DNA of 64,000 nucleotides from Phoronis australis. Its lineage: Eukaryota > Animalia > Phoronida. A program made the position numbers and the translations under genes. Shown in pieces: positions 1-13,200 of this stretch. Position 1 is the first letter of the stretch. Every line of letters starts with the position of its first letter. The notes under the pieces are model-generated. The model was given only the letters and a program-made list of their open reading frames with translations. It did not search any database and was not told where the DNA came from. The stretch lies in assembly GCA_002633005.1 (NCBI GenBank), contig NMRA01000044.1, positions 12,182-76,181 of the forward strand, in the 5' to 3' direction.

Positions 1-404
1 CATGTCGTGAACACATCCACTAAAACAAGAAACTGTAGGAACACCGCATTTATCCACCTTCACTCTTATCAGGCTTCTATTGTGAGTCAGCATGCGTGAA
101 TAATTGGCTGATAAGCCACCTCTGGAACTACTTTGGGCTGAATGGATGACCAGGCCATAAAATGATAATTAGCCAAGACCAGTTACTATAATGCAACAAA
201 GAATAATGTCTTGCATCACCTAGCCTTGGTGGAAAGCTGTATACTGTATTGGCTCAAACAAACGCTTAGATAATACATTTCACGGGGAGGGGACGCTTAT
301 TGTAGTGAGCCTACGGCAGTTGAAACCCGGTTTCCCAAACGGGTGAAGTCGGAAGCTAGGATTCATCAAATTTACGCTCTGTGACGTATTTGTAGCCTAT
401 TACA

Positions 405-780
405 GCCTTTCTACAAAATTGTGGTGCATTGCTATCAACTTCCGTTGTGAAATTACGATAATTTTTCAAAAAATTGTGCTCATCACAGAGCGAAAACTTG
501 CCGACTGATGCGTCGCTGAATCGCGATCGTCAATAGGAAAACTTGTACTCTTGAATAAAAATATAGTTTCGACTCTACAAATTACCTGAAATCTTCCTGA
601 TGTTTTACAATTTTTAAAGTTCATGTGGAGTCCAGATTAATTGCGATTAAGTCCAAATGTGCGCTACATCGTACTCCACAACACGAGAAAAATCTCTGGA
701 TGAACACACGTCATGTTGTTGTCACGTGACGTTTGTTTTGAAGGTCGTCCGCGTATGAGAGTGAGTGAGAGTGCGTGTGC
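405..780 (+). repeat. Dispersed repeat (probable DNA-transposon terminal segment), copy A; inverted copy at ~60880-61265
   Basis: ttctacaaaattgtggtgcattgctatcaa...catgttgttgtcacgtgacgtttgttttgaag matches the reverse complement of cttcaaaacaaacgtcacgtgacaacaacatg...gatagcgatgcaccacaattttgtagaaa near 60910-61262. Confidence 0.8.
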
Positions 781-3700
781 GGGTCATCGACGATAGACTT
801 TTTTGTTACAAAAGGCGGAGGATTATGCAAGAAAATGGCGTTTACTAGATTGTTTTTCACTTAAACGGCTGTAACGTGCAAGGTGAGTGCTGGTTAACTC
901 ACAGATTTTGTGTGCACAGGCCGACTGTCGTTAGCTCTGCCGTGGAGTATTAATAGTCCAAGGCTCGATCTACATGTTGGGGACGAAATGAACTACCCGG
1001 GCTGTGTGAAATTTCTGGGTCTAACGGAGACACTGACGCAGTGGTCAGTCAGATCGCTGTATCAAGACTATAGTCAAAATCCAAATTCGTTTTATCGTGT
1101 CCCTGTCAATAATAACGGCATGTTAAAGCCTTCTTAATTTTCGTACTTCAGGAACATAACAATCACGTGTTTTGTACACATACGCGCACGCCGCAGATCA
1201 CATCTCGGAAATTGCCGATTTGACGGATGACAATGAATGAACACAATGAAATTAACAACGTCGTTTTACAGCTTGTAACATTCATAATAAACGTATTTTG
1301 AATATTGCAATGCATGTGTTCCAAAATCTAAATAACTTGGTCCTATATTTTTGTATTAGTGCGCGCCGAATGAAAGTAATCGTGAGTGTTGCTGTGTTGC
1401 AAACTGGGCCGATTTGAAAAATTCAAAGTTGTACTCATATTTGTTTTCGCTCCTCTTTTCAAATATTACAGTAAAAACTACGTAAAACTCTCTCCATAAA
1501 AAGTACAGTCTGCTAGCTAGATTGTGATCAGCTGATCATATCCGCATGAGCGAAGCCAATTATCCTCGCTCGTTACTCGATGACTAGAGCAGCTTGGCGG
1601 CATCCCTTTGAGCATGAGCCGAGCGCGTCTCAGCCAAAGTGGATAAATACGGTCTACTTCAATTTTCCATGCCCCACCGTTTACCTTAATCACTGGGGTT
1701 AGGACCAATCTTATTTAGTGGGAATGTTCAAAGCATGTCTTTTTTCAAAGGAATTCACTTGCCAAATTCTACAGAGTTTCTGCAAACTTCCAATAGGGGG
1801 CTACACAGCGTAGTCCGAAAATCAGTGCCAGTCGTGGCGTAGTCAGTACGAACAGATAGAGAGGCTAACACCAAAAACGTACAGTACAGCCACTGAAGTA
1901 TTAGACTCTCTCAGGTGTCTCTTCGGTCTAGCTACCCGTGACCGTTATTTGTTTTTTATATAAACTAATAAAGAATCTTAACACGCGCGTACACGGCGGA
2001 TTTATTCAATTGCCTTCACGATATGAAGGAGCATAGCATGTCAATTCTGAGCACATTGATCCCAAGTTCCAGCATCATGCGGAGAAACTGATCACGCCCA
2101 TGCATTTGACGAGTCAAACAGATGACCGCTATTATTATTTTAGTGAAGAAGTACCCCGGGGATACTGTGTACTCAGTCGAAACGCATGTACTACGGGGAG
2201 GGGGCTACAAATAATTGAACTGCACTACGGATTCAGGACTTTTAAGTCAAAACATTTGCTTGCAGTAAGGGATGAGTATGTCAGAAGGGCGGCCTATTGA
2301 AATTTTCTGTACGCCAGTGCGGTGCAAAAATTTACGGAGTGACACAATACTTCACAAGATGCGTAGGCTATTTTTAGGGCGAATTAACTATATCCACCTG
2401 TGACAAGTTTCAAGGAGTCCACAGCCATGTAAAGATGACTCTGGGCACAGGGTCGCGTTTATTCGTATTTACTAACCGTGGTTACTGTACATGTTTGTCG
2501 TTGATGGGACTGGCTCTTAAGTCGTAAATTGAACATGTACATGTAAGTGTAACACAAGACGCGCTGAAGGAAGACGTTTGTATGAACAACACGTGGAATT
2601 ACATAGTTAGTCGGAACCCAAGTGTGATAGATGACCGCTTGCAAAGATACGCTATAATATACTATAATGTCTTTGCAACTTGACCGACACGACAGGCAAT
2701 CAAGACGTAACATGTAGTTTTATTGATTAGCCCGGTGCCCTACCATGGTTACCACAGCTACCGAAGGCGTAAAGAAAGCGTGAACGAAGCGTGAAGAAGG
2801 CGTTAACTAAACCGGAGGTAAGCGTGAGGACTACCCGGAGAGTAGGCGTGAGGCGACCGTGACTGATTTCTGTCACGCCTGTGTTCCGGTTGCGCTCCGG
2901 TCTGGCCAGGCGTGAGGTAGCCCGGACGAAGTCTAAAAATTCAGTGGCTGTACTGTATTGAAAATGTCCGATAGATGATCCATAATACATGTATGTTTAA
3001 TCTGTTCTTAAATAGAACGGTATTGATGTCTGAGTCCTCCACCTGTCACGGAACTCCGAAGACACAGATAACCAAAACTTCCACTGGAGGGCACAGAAGT
3101 AGTCGTTTCCGTCCGAAAGAAGTAGTAATCTGTTGCCAGTCATAGAAAAACACTATCCGGATTTCGCAAAGCTCCTGCAAGAGGTTAAAGAGATGCAGCT
3201 GCGGACGTACGAAATGCCAATAGACAGAAGTTACAGAAGTTGTACCAGTCCGAAAATCAACTCAGTCGTTGTCTTCTCAGCAGAAACATATTCGTCATTT
3301 TTCGTAACATTCCTTGCAGCATTAGATAGATGAGAGAACTCCAAAAATAGACTCGCAAGTAATAAAAATGGCAGCAAGACGGTGTTTGAATGCTTGGATA
3401 TCGCCGAAAATTGGAGGGTGACGCCGTCTTCTTTTGGCCAAACGTCATGAAAATCTGTTTAAATACTCCTATGATAAACAGACAAACACAGCATTGGCAT
3501 TCGACGGAAAGTCGACGTCATCTGTTTTCGGCTCCATATACATATTTTAAACACATCTGCCAACTTTTCATGAAAATCCTGCAACTGCTTTTTCAGGTAC
3601 AGCAGCGGACGACGAGCGCCCGGACGCCTAGACACAGATGACGGCAAAATTCACTTAAAGATAATTAAAAGTATAATTGCCACATAGATTTGCCAATAAT

Positions 3701-4914
3701 TCATGCTAATACCTTCAATTTTTTCTATTTTTATTATTCATATTTGTTACGTACGTACCAATCTTTACAAATCAATACTACTATAAATGGATGACATTTC
3801 TACCAAAATACAAAAAGATTGATTCGTTCCCGTTTCATAGCATACATGTATGCTCTAAGTTTCTACCATTTTTGTATTGCCGAATGGCCATTCGCAATCT
3901 CGACCCAGTACATCTGTGATTTTGAAGAGTGCGAAAGGCTTTGTTACATATACTGTACACCAAAAGTTTCTGTGCACACATGGACGAAATTTTTGACAAG
4001 CCATAAAAAAACAACGAATGGATGTTACATTTTGCAATTTGCTAGATACAGAAGTTCTCATTTCTTAGGCTTAAAACAATAGTTAAATGAACCATTTTGC
4101 AAAGCCCAAAACGTGGTTAACTTTTTGAGGCCGCTCTGTAGTTATTCTGTAGTTATGTTACTTGTTAACATTCAACCAATCTTCTTACCATTTTGGATCG
4201 TCGATGTCGAAATTTGGTTATTTAAACTCACCCAAGAATATGCGCAGATCACCAACTATTTCAGTTCTCAATGACACCAAAGTCAATACTAGATAGTGCA
4301 CAATCGTATTCCAGGGTAATTTCTTTTCGTTTTCTGCATGAAACACAAATGAAACAACTTACTTAAAGCCTTGTTCGCGATGTCTCAAAAATCTCCCACA
4401 ACATGTTGGTAATAAATTTATATCTCACACCACTAATCAGGTAATAAATGAGTCAAAAAGCCATCATCCGATGGAGTTGGCCGACTGATCTTTGATATGG
4501 AGGTCATTTTAGGCAGGCGCAACTGAGCATTGTCTTTACACATGGTGGTGGTACTAAGAACCTTCCTATCAAAAAATGACGACTGATTCACGAACAAAAG
4601 GTCAATAGCCTTTCAATAACAAAGTTAGGTCAACACAGCTACACCTGAGGCGTTGATGTGATAGTGTCCTTCTTACCAGTTAGTGACGTGGTGTAGAGCG
4701 GTTTGCTGTGGAACCATTTGTTGTTTGTATAGTCACTGACGATGCTTGACTGAAGTTAAGCGGAGTATATGTGTCTATATGCTAATGTAAATGTTATTGT
4801 GAATAGTTTTATTGTCTCATTTTAAGTAGATTATATGTAAATGTAATTTCACGCAAAAAAGTGAAAACTTTACTTTTGTTTGACATCCTGCTGGATGACG
4901 TCTGCAGGCTCTTG

Positions 4915-5189
4915 CTAGACATCGTGTGCTTGGAGGGATGCAATAAATATCAACTTCCCGACAGGTTCATAGTATCTTTTGGGACACCGGTGGTCAGTTT
5001 GTATTAATGATGGTTTACCTTCTCTTGGGTTGATATCGTCATTTCTGTCCGCCCTCGACTCTTTTGTTTGAGGCACTAATACAGAAGGCTCAGCACCCTC
5101 GCTGCACTGCACTGGGACTTTCTTCTCATACAGGTGTTCTGCATGTGAGGTATTGTCCCTTCTTCTATCTACAGCTGGCGGATTGCTAA
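4915..5189 (-). CDS. Candidate orphan terminal coding exon (low-complexity, possible receptor cytoplasmic tail)
   Basis: Polypyrimidine acceptor tttccctttcag ending at 5190. An open frame SNPPAVDRRRDNTSHAEHLYEKK...RYYEPVGKLIFIASLQAHDV* runs to the stop at 4915, with a minus-strand AATAAA near 4806-4811. No upstream exons were identified. Confidence 0.3.
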
Positions 5190-5522
5190 CTGAAAGGGAA
5201 ATATACTGATTAAATCTCTAAGAGCAAATTTCATTAGACAGTGATCAGGGCTGTAACCAGCATTGCGCTGGGGCCGGTTCAAATTTTTAGAACTGCGGAC
5301 CTCTTTTGATATTTTGCAAACTTCGACACTGTAGATTTTTCAGTAAGGCCCTTGACGGAGTTTAATTAGGGGGAAGATGACTCTCAGCTCTATGTTAACA
5401 AGATGAGACAGAATTCATAATAACAGAAATGGGGATGCCATGACGATCGATTGGTTGCAAAGAACGGGACTCAAATTCGGATGTAATGTGGTCCAGAAAC
5501 CCAACGTTTTCGCGTTACCCCC

Positions 5523-6227
5523 TGCCAAACTTTCAATTCAGGCGAGCTTAAATGAGTGATTATATAAAAAATAATTGCAGGCGGTCTGATACACGTTGTA
5601 CCAGACGTGCGCAGGCCTCGCATGTGGGCCCATTGCACTCATCACCTGGAAATATTTTTGTGCTTTATTAATATATGGTTAAAACCGAGCTGAGGAGCTA
5701 GAAACCTGACTCAAGGGTTTAGCAGGGTGACATGGTGGGACTCGAACCCACGACCTCGAGTAAAGAAAGCGGGCACTTATCAACCAGGCCACAATGCCTC
5801 CTGTGAGTGATTATACCTCATTACATACTCACACCGAAATATGTAGCCGTGATAATGGCTTAAATAATTTATCTAGTTATTTTGAATGTTACTTAAGTTG
5901 CTTACATCTCTGTAAATGGGCACAGCTCACCATTCCGAAGGTTCACTACTCTGAAGGTTCACTATTAATTGTGACGGTCCACTACTCCAAAAAAAATGGA
6001 CTCGGTGTAATTTTTATACTTTTACATGCAAAAAAACAAAGGATACTTCCGTTATTAGATGCACTGAGTGGTGTTCCTGAACGCCCAGATTTCGTGCGCG
6101 TGTGAAATTGCCCGCATGTGTTACGAAAATGAGAATGTACTTGAATTTTTAAAAGAATATGAAGTGGTAATACTGATGAATGAGGTATAATCACTCACTT
6201 AAGCTTGCCTGAATTGAAAGTTTGGCA
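5523..6227. mobile_element. Non-autonomous DNA transposon (MITE) with ~50-bp TIRs; left TIR split by a SINE
   Basis: tgccaaactttcaattcaggcgagcttaaatgagtgattata (5523-5564), continued by cctcatt after 5815, is the inverted match of aatgaggtataatcactcacttaagcttgcctgaattgaaagtttggca (6179-6227). Confidence 0.8.
5565..5803 (-). mobile_element. tRNA-derived SINE with 12-bp TSD
   Basis: Minus-strand head has Pol III A box TGGCCTGGTTGA and B box GGTTCGAGTCCC. It is flanked by the direct repeat tgagtgattata at 5553-5564 and 5804-5815. Confidence 0.85.
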
Positions 6228-6229
6228 AT

Positions 6230-9200
6230 AGTTAATGTAAATTTGCATAACTAATGCAAATTAAGGGCGCCATTATTCAAGATTCTACTTGTGCTTATAG
6301 CTGTGGTACCAAACACCACAGGTAAACTCTCATGATATTTGAACCTATGTTCCTATGTTCAATTAGGTTAATGAAATCAGTTTGCAAGTTGCATGATAAA
6401 TTAGCATAATTTATGAAAATAAAGGCGGCCATTATTAAAAATTCTACTTCTTACGGGGGCACTACATGTAGATTATTTTTCGTAATTTTACTGATGAACT
6501 TTATGTAATCTGTCATTACATCATAAATGATCTGTAATTTATTACACAAAAATACAAAATCTAGTTTTGTCTGATACCCAGGGTATATGTAGTAGATGAC
6601 CAAATTGTTTAATTACATAAACCCAGGACAAAAACCTATCGAATGGAGACCAGTCACAACATGTTTCAAATGCTAATTCAACACTCGGAACGTGAATGCA
6701 CTACAGTATAACGTGCCCAAAATATTGTGAGGGTAGAAAATTGACACTGCAATTGTATCTACTTGAAAGTCATGGAATTTGACCTTTGCAGCCACACCTA
6801 ATCATCACCAGTATGCAATAGGAGGGAGTTGGACACCATGTAGAGTTATAGATGAGAGTGATTGTTTATGGGATCTTTCTTCCATCAACAGTCCTCTGGA
6901 TCTAGTGCTAGTAACATTCCACCACATGACTGACTGGTAATGGGCCCTGATTACGTTTACTTTCTCATTGAATGCCTCTGTTGTTGGTGACAGTATGGGG
7001 GCGGACATATATTTCTTGCCATTTCTCTTCCCCATACCAGTAGTCTGAATCCCGACGTCTTCCTGATTCTGTTCATTCCATAACAGCCACACATACATTT
7101 ACTAGCCTGTTTCATGATATCAGAAAAATGTGCATTAAAAGTACCGATGAGAGAAAGGTCATGTCCAGCATTCAATATTTTAACGATGGATCCCTACCCA
7201 ACGCCATAGTAGCATGCCACCGTGTCACACCCCTACAGCGCATGGGCAGGGAGGAGACCTTCACAATATCGCTACATGTTTCCAGTGTTAACTTTATGTC
7301 TACGACTGTTTTACGCTTACTTGGCGATTTCATGGTTTTGGTATTTGAAGCTGTTCCTTGTCTTAGTAACGCACACGAAGGACATATACGTGTACATTTT
7401 TGTCATCCGAAACAACTTGTTAAGTTAATAAGCACATTTCACGTCCTGTTGCACAATAACGGAACTAACTTCTTCATGGGATATCTACAAAGTCATTATA
7501 CTGTATTAAGGGACAAGGACCATCATCAGTGATTACCTACTTGCGTTCATAAGGTACTGCTTGCCTTTCTCTAAGTCTGATAACATTACCTTTCCAATGC
7601 TTGTTTCATGTAGGCCTAATTTAACTGTTGGATTAGCAATCCTGTCGCAGCTAATGTTCACTGCTGTGTCTTTGGCATGGACCTTGGGATCCAATATATG
7701 TAGATCGATGCTGGTGTCTACTTTTGACAGATTCGCGCAATTTCCTTGGCATGCGCATCAAGACGTGACTTACTTTCTTCCATGTGATAGGCTTTAGTAC
7801 AAGATCTATTGTTGACTGCTCTCCATCTCTCCAACATCTGTTTCAATCTTGTTGGACAAATGGCAACTTGTGCGCTAGGATTATGAGTCTCTTCTTTGAG
7901 GGCAATTCCCTATTATTCCCTCACTACTGTTTTCGTACCTCATAAATATGGCACCTATAAACTGATTGCTCCGAGCCCCATTCCAGCATTCATCCAAGTC
8001 ATTAAGCTACTCTTCGTTTTCTCTATGCGCAATAGGCAATACCTTTTCGGAATTTAAGGTCTCAAACTTAAGCACACACATTACACCAAATATTTTCTTA
8101 TTTCATTGTCAAAAAGGAGATTCTGCTAATTGATCATGCTACAACCTGCAAATAGATTTCATTAAATTCATTGACCACTGTAATACTGATGGGTGCAAAT
8201 ATTTATAACTAACCTCTGGTGTCTGATGCAGTAGTTATAAGCACATTAGTCAAGTAGAATTTTTAATATGACAGCTGTATTTTGGGTAAAGTATCAATTA
8301 TGCAAATTCATGAAAACATGAAATCAATTTGAAAATAATTTACATGTAACGCCGGTAAAAAATTATGAACAGAAACAGTATTTGGAATACTGGGTCCTTT
8401 TTTGTATAAATTATGAAAATTCATCATGCAAAAACTTGCCAACTGACTTCACAGAAACATTGGGTAAAGAGGTTAAAATAGTTTACTTGGGGTGCCTGAT
8501 ACTTTAGCTTTAGGAAAAAGCAGAATTTTGAATAATGGCGGCCTGAATTTGAATATATTATGAAAATTCACGATCTATCCACCAGCAAACGAGGTCCATT
8601 AAATTCACTGACCATGGAAGCACAGGTGAAAAATTACAGTAACCTGTCTGAAATGTTTGGTAAGGGCAGTTTAAAAAAGGTAGTTTCGGATAATGGTGGC
8701 TTTAATTTGTATTAATTATACAAAATTTATCATAAACAACATTCAAACTGATTTCATTAAACTAATTGACCATAGAAACATAAGTGCAAATATCATGATA
8801 GTTTACCTCTATTGAGTGGTACCATGGCTATTAGAACAATTAAAATTTTAAATAATAGCTGCATTAATTTGCATATATTATGCAAATTGACGATGTATCC
8901 ACACACAAACTTTATCTATTAACTTCGTTGACCATGGAAACATGGGTGAAAGCATCAAAATGACCTGCCTGCAGTGATTGGTAAGGAAATTATAAGCAAA
9001 AATAGAATTTTGCGTAATGACGGCCTTAACTGACAATGCATTCACCAAAAAACTTGCACTATTAAATTTGTTGACCATAAAAACATGGTGAAAACCTCAA
9101 AATTATCTGGCTGCAGTGCTTGATAAGGAATTTATAAGCAAAATAGAATTTTTTATAACAGCGACCTTGATTTGCGTATTTTAAAAAATGATCAAGGGTT

Positions 9201-9319
9201 GCGAACGGTCACACCCCTAAATCATGATTAACTATGCCTAGGCTACATGGAACAGCAAAGAAAAACTTTATCCGCCAAAGCCAGGTTAAGTAAAAAAACA
9301 GTATCTGGCTCCAGGACTA
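6230..9319 (-). mobile_element. Decayed Academ (AcademX-type, XPG-like nuclease) DNA transposon remnant
   Basis: Minus-strand pseudo-frames show ISHEEV (HEEAD-like), GLLPAHAL*GCDTVACYYGVG* (H3TH/XPG-like GCD motif), LSPTTEAFNEKV..IRAHYQSVMW (LPPT..RAxYQ motif) and a Cys-rich tail GCKGQ. There are inverted ~160-bp subterminal repeats and a right end ...ggctccaggacTA. Confidence 0.7.
8380..9180 (+). repeat. Diverged ~160-bp tandem subterminal repeats (5-6 units); inverted counterparts at ~6230-6450
   Basis: An aataatggcggcc-like anchor recurs at ~8385, 8531, 8689, 8851, 9013 and 9155. The reverse-complement anchor ggcggccattatt occurs at ~6266 and ~6424. Confidence 0.75.
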
Positions 9320-9982
9320 CCGGGAATAATTATAGTCCTAGGTATTTCCACGTGGTTTGTTTAGATGGGGTTGGTCTGCGCTTGAATGAACGTGGATATG
9401 GAATTCGCCGTTGGAGATGGGTCTGTTCAAAAGGTTGTTTGCACTTTCTTCCGGCTGGGAGTACGTACAGCTGCAACAGCCGATTCGTGAATCAATATTC
9501 ATAACCGTGTCACCTTCACGGAATTCCAGCATTGTTTCGTTGTTGGTATTAGTGTTTTTCAGACGTTAAAATGTAAGGCGTATAGATTTTAACTTTGCAC
9601 TTCTTTGTGATTTGCCCATATGATATCAAAAATTACGTTCTTGGTGTTATTGACCAGTCGTGTCGTAACACATTCCACTTCATTTGAGAAATATACAACC
9701 GTATTGCTAAGGATGGGGAATTTTGGCATCAAAAGGCGTTGAATACGTAAAATCCGTATTGATGCACACGAAATATAGAAAAGTAGTTTTTACATATCAC
9801 GCTACACAATACAACCCTTATTTCATGCCCATAGTATCACGCCTATGGGATAATGTCAGTAATATGAAAGTTTACACTAAAATCTAAGACAAACTGTATT
9901 TGGTGGTAGTGACTAGATATTGAAAAGGTTGCAACGACAAACCTTTGGGGCGCAGACTGCAAAACAGGGGAGGAGGTAGGTT

Positions 9983-10231
9983 TCAACAACAGGCCCTACC
10001 TGGTGGATTGACGAGAGATGACGGGTCCAGGGACGATATACCGGATATATACTGAGAAGTGGATGGCGAAATTCGAGAATCTGAGTCAAATAATAGTTTC
10101 AACTCTGCAGCCAGTTTTTTGTAGTCGATGGCTGATGTCGAAGGCTGACTTTCAGCAGATTTTAAAGATTGAGGCCGAGCAATTGGGCTGGAAGCCTTGG
10201 GGGGAGACGATCTGTTCTGTTTCTTGGGTGC
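9983..10231 (-). pseudogene. Possible N-terminus of a DIRS/Ngaro-type retroelement ORF1
   Basis: MAPKKQNRSS...QPSTSAIDYKKLAAELK resembles the low-complexity plus IDYxKLAAE start of invertebrate tyrosine-recombinase retroelement gag ORFs. This is motif recall only. Confidence 0.3.
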
Positions 10232-10290
10232 CATTCTGGAAAAATGAAAACATACTTGTATCGACCAAGCCACTTTGTTGCGAGCGCACA

Positions 10291-13200
10291 TGTTATAATG
10301 GTATTATCTTTGTACACAATCTGATATCTTCTAAATAAACGTTTGATAGCACAAAATTTTACAATGGCGACTAGATCAGGATTGAAATCCGGGCCTTTCA
10401 TCACACCAGAGGATCCAGTAAAATCAGGCAAGATGTGGCAAGATTGGCTGTAAAGTATCGAGCGCGAATTCCGTTTTTTTCTAGATCACAAAACCGTAAG
10501 ACAAATTGGACGGCCTTCGCATAGTTGGTGGTCGTAACCTGGAGAGAGTCGATAAGTATTACCCGCGGCAGAATAGCCAGGAGAGCAGACTATAATGGTG
10601 TGTAGAAACAACTTGTAGACAAGCTAAACAATCACTTCATTCCCAAGAAGAATAAACGTCATGCACGATTCTCATTTCTTGTCATGCGTCCCCGTACAAA
10701 CGAATTTACAACGTCATATTCAACCAGGATTCATGAACAGGTAATGAATTTCGAGTTCCCTGATCAAGCCGAAAGCATCCTAGATCATCTCATTCAAAAC
10801 TCCACCAAGAAGGAACTGTTCAAGAAAGATATCAATAAGCGATGAACGCTGTCAAAGCTCCTTACTGCAGCTGTGGCTAGGAAGAAATCAATGGGGCTAT
10901 TTGGAAAATTTACAGTAACTAGAGGGCGCGCGTGTACTAGTGGTGATAGATTAACAGCCTCGATTTCGCGAGCCCTTTAAATACATGGTGAAATGGCTTG
11001 TAGGCGTGCCAACTGAATCTGAGATTGCGTGAAAAGGGTGCTTCTATGAGAGAAAGTAAACACGACCTTATACAAAGGTAAGGTTTGTGATAATTTTAAC
11101 GATTATTCCATGTTTATTCTATTGATGCCTGTTAACTGAGATACTCGCCGATGTCGACTTCGCGACAGCCGCCAGTCGGGTTAATCTTTGTTTGTTGTGA
11201 TGCGTGTTACGATACTTGACGTAGCACTCGGATCCTGTCTTCCGGAAATTTATTTCACGTTGAAATGAAAGTCTATCATGTCTGTTTTCACGTGACCTTT
11301 GGTTTTTAGGTTTGAGGGCTTGTACCGTGCAGAGGAGATATGCATCGCTTCTGCATCGACCCTGAATGGACAAAAATTGGTTTTAAGCAGTTGACTACAG
11401 CTAACCAGCAAGATCTTCCCATCCAGTGTAGATCTGTTGTTAAAGCCTACTTTCTTCATCGGAGACAACGAACAAGCTTTGTTACTCCTTTCTGTTCCCA
11501 CAGCATTTCCATACACCATTAGTGCTGCATGGCACAATGTACATGTCAGTGGTCCTGGTGAAATGTGAATCGCAGTACGAAGTTACCATAAGACAACGTG
11601 TTGTGTATGAAGAGGAACTATATCTGACTGCTACACAAGTCAGCCTTGTTGGTGAAGATAGCCTTTCATAGGCAATAAGTCATGTGTGGACAATAGCTTA
11701 CTTCCTTTCCAGGAAGAAACATGCTGGCTTGAAGCTAAAGAAGACGTAGTGACACTCTGGTCTAGCTCGGGTCAGGTTTTGGGCACAAAACGAGTTAAGT
11801 GATATGCTGTTGTGTTTACCTTCAAGGATCTAATTGAGGCTGAATGAGGTTACCTGGAGGAAAGCCACGTACCGAAACTGGACATTTTTACAAGCGCTTC
11901 CATAAGCTATTGACACCAAAAGCATCTGGTATAAATACCTGTCGTTTCTCACTGAGTGGCATTAACTTTTCCTTTCAGAAGAAAGGCTTTATACTAATGG
12001 TAAAAATTTGGTACACATTATGGGGAAATGACATTCAGAGACTGCATCGATTGTCTTATTGTCAGTAGAAATCCCGTTAATGTTACACTTTGATGATCGA
12101 ATAAATTTTTCATCAACAGGCAAGTTTGTCACTAATTATTGAAACCACAATATTTAATCAGTTTTAAAGACCCACACATAGCAGTTGTGCTTGTTCTTTA
12201 TAAAGCTGAAATGATTAGCGATTAAGCTTGCCAATTGTCGTTTTCCTGTTGACCTCTAGAAATGTGCAGCGATCAAAATGAAGTATTCCCTTTGTTTGCA
12301 TTTGATTTGTTTGTGTGTGTAATTATTTTTAGAGCTTTCGTAAGAAGGCCTTTGAACAATTTTAAGTTTTGTGTTAACTTGTCCACAACAAAAGTTCCAT
12401 ATGCAAGAAAAGTATATAAAGAAACAACATTGTTAAAAACAATTGTAATTTTCCCACGCAATGGAGTCCATAATCAGGCATATCAAGGGCTGAATTTCTG
12501 AATTATGTTCAATTCTCTTAAGTTAATGATGAAGGATTGCTTTAAAATTTCACTTTGTCCAAAGGTAAAATAGACGGTCAGGCGGCTGGTTTCAGTCGTT
12601 TTCTCTCACCTGTAACAGAATAGTCAGAGAAAAATTAACAAATTATAAAAGAAAACACAGGACAAAACTACTTTAGTAAGGCAGAACATACTTGACGTTT
12701 CATCTTCATGTTAACATGTAGAAACTAATAATCTTTGTACCCAAGTCTTATTTAAGATCTGAATTAAACTATGTGAAACAGGTTAAAAGTGATTTAATAA
12801 TGTGTATTTTTCACGACACCTGAAATGTGCATCTGACCTCAACAAGTAAAATTCATTCTAGGTGTCAATTTTTATTCCAATGCAATGTTATGACGTTTAC
12901 TGAATAGCTTATTCATGTTAATTCAGTAACTAATCTGGTAGTCCTGGGGGTGGAGTCCGCCATAAAATAAGGAAACTCACTCGTCTAGAGAATTTTATTG
13001 GACATAGCATAGCTTTGAAGAGAAACTGCTGTGAAAAAGTCACCCTAGACTTCTGAGCGTCACGTACTATACATCTCTTATATTTGGCGCATTCCCACTC
13101 CTGGAGGACAATATGTGAATATGTGCTGCTAGCCTACCCGGCATCCGAGTCCTGGGTGAGTTTCCGAAAAGAAACACTTAGTTCCATTCAATAAACCCGT

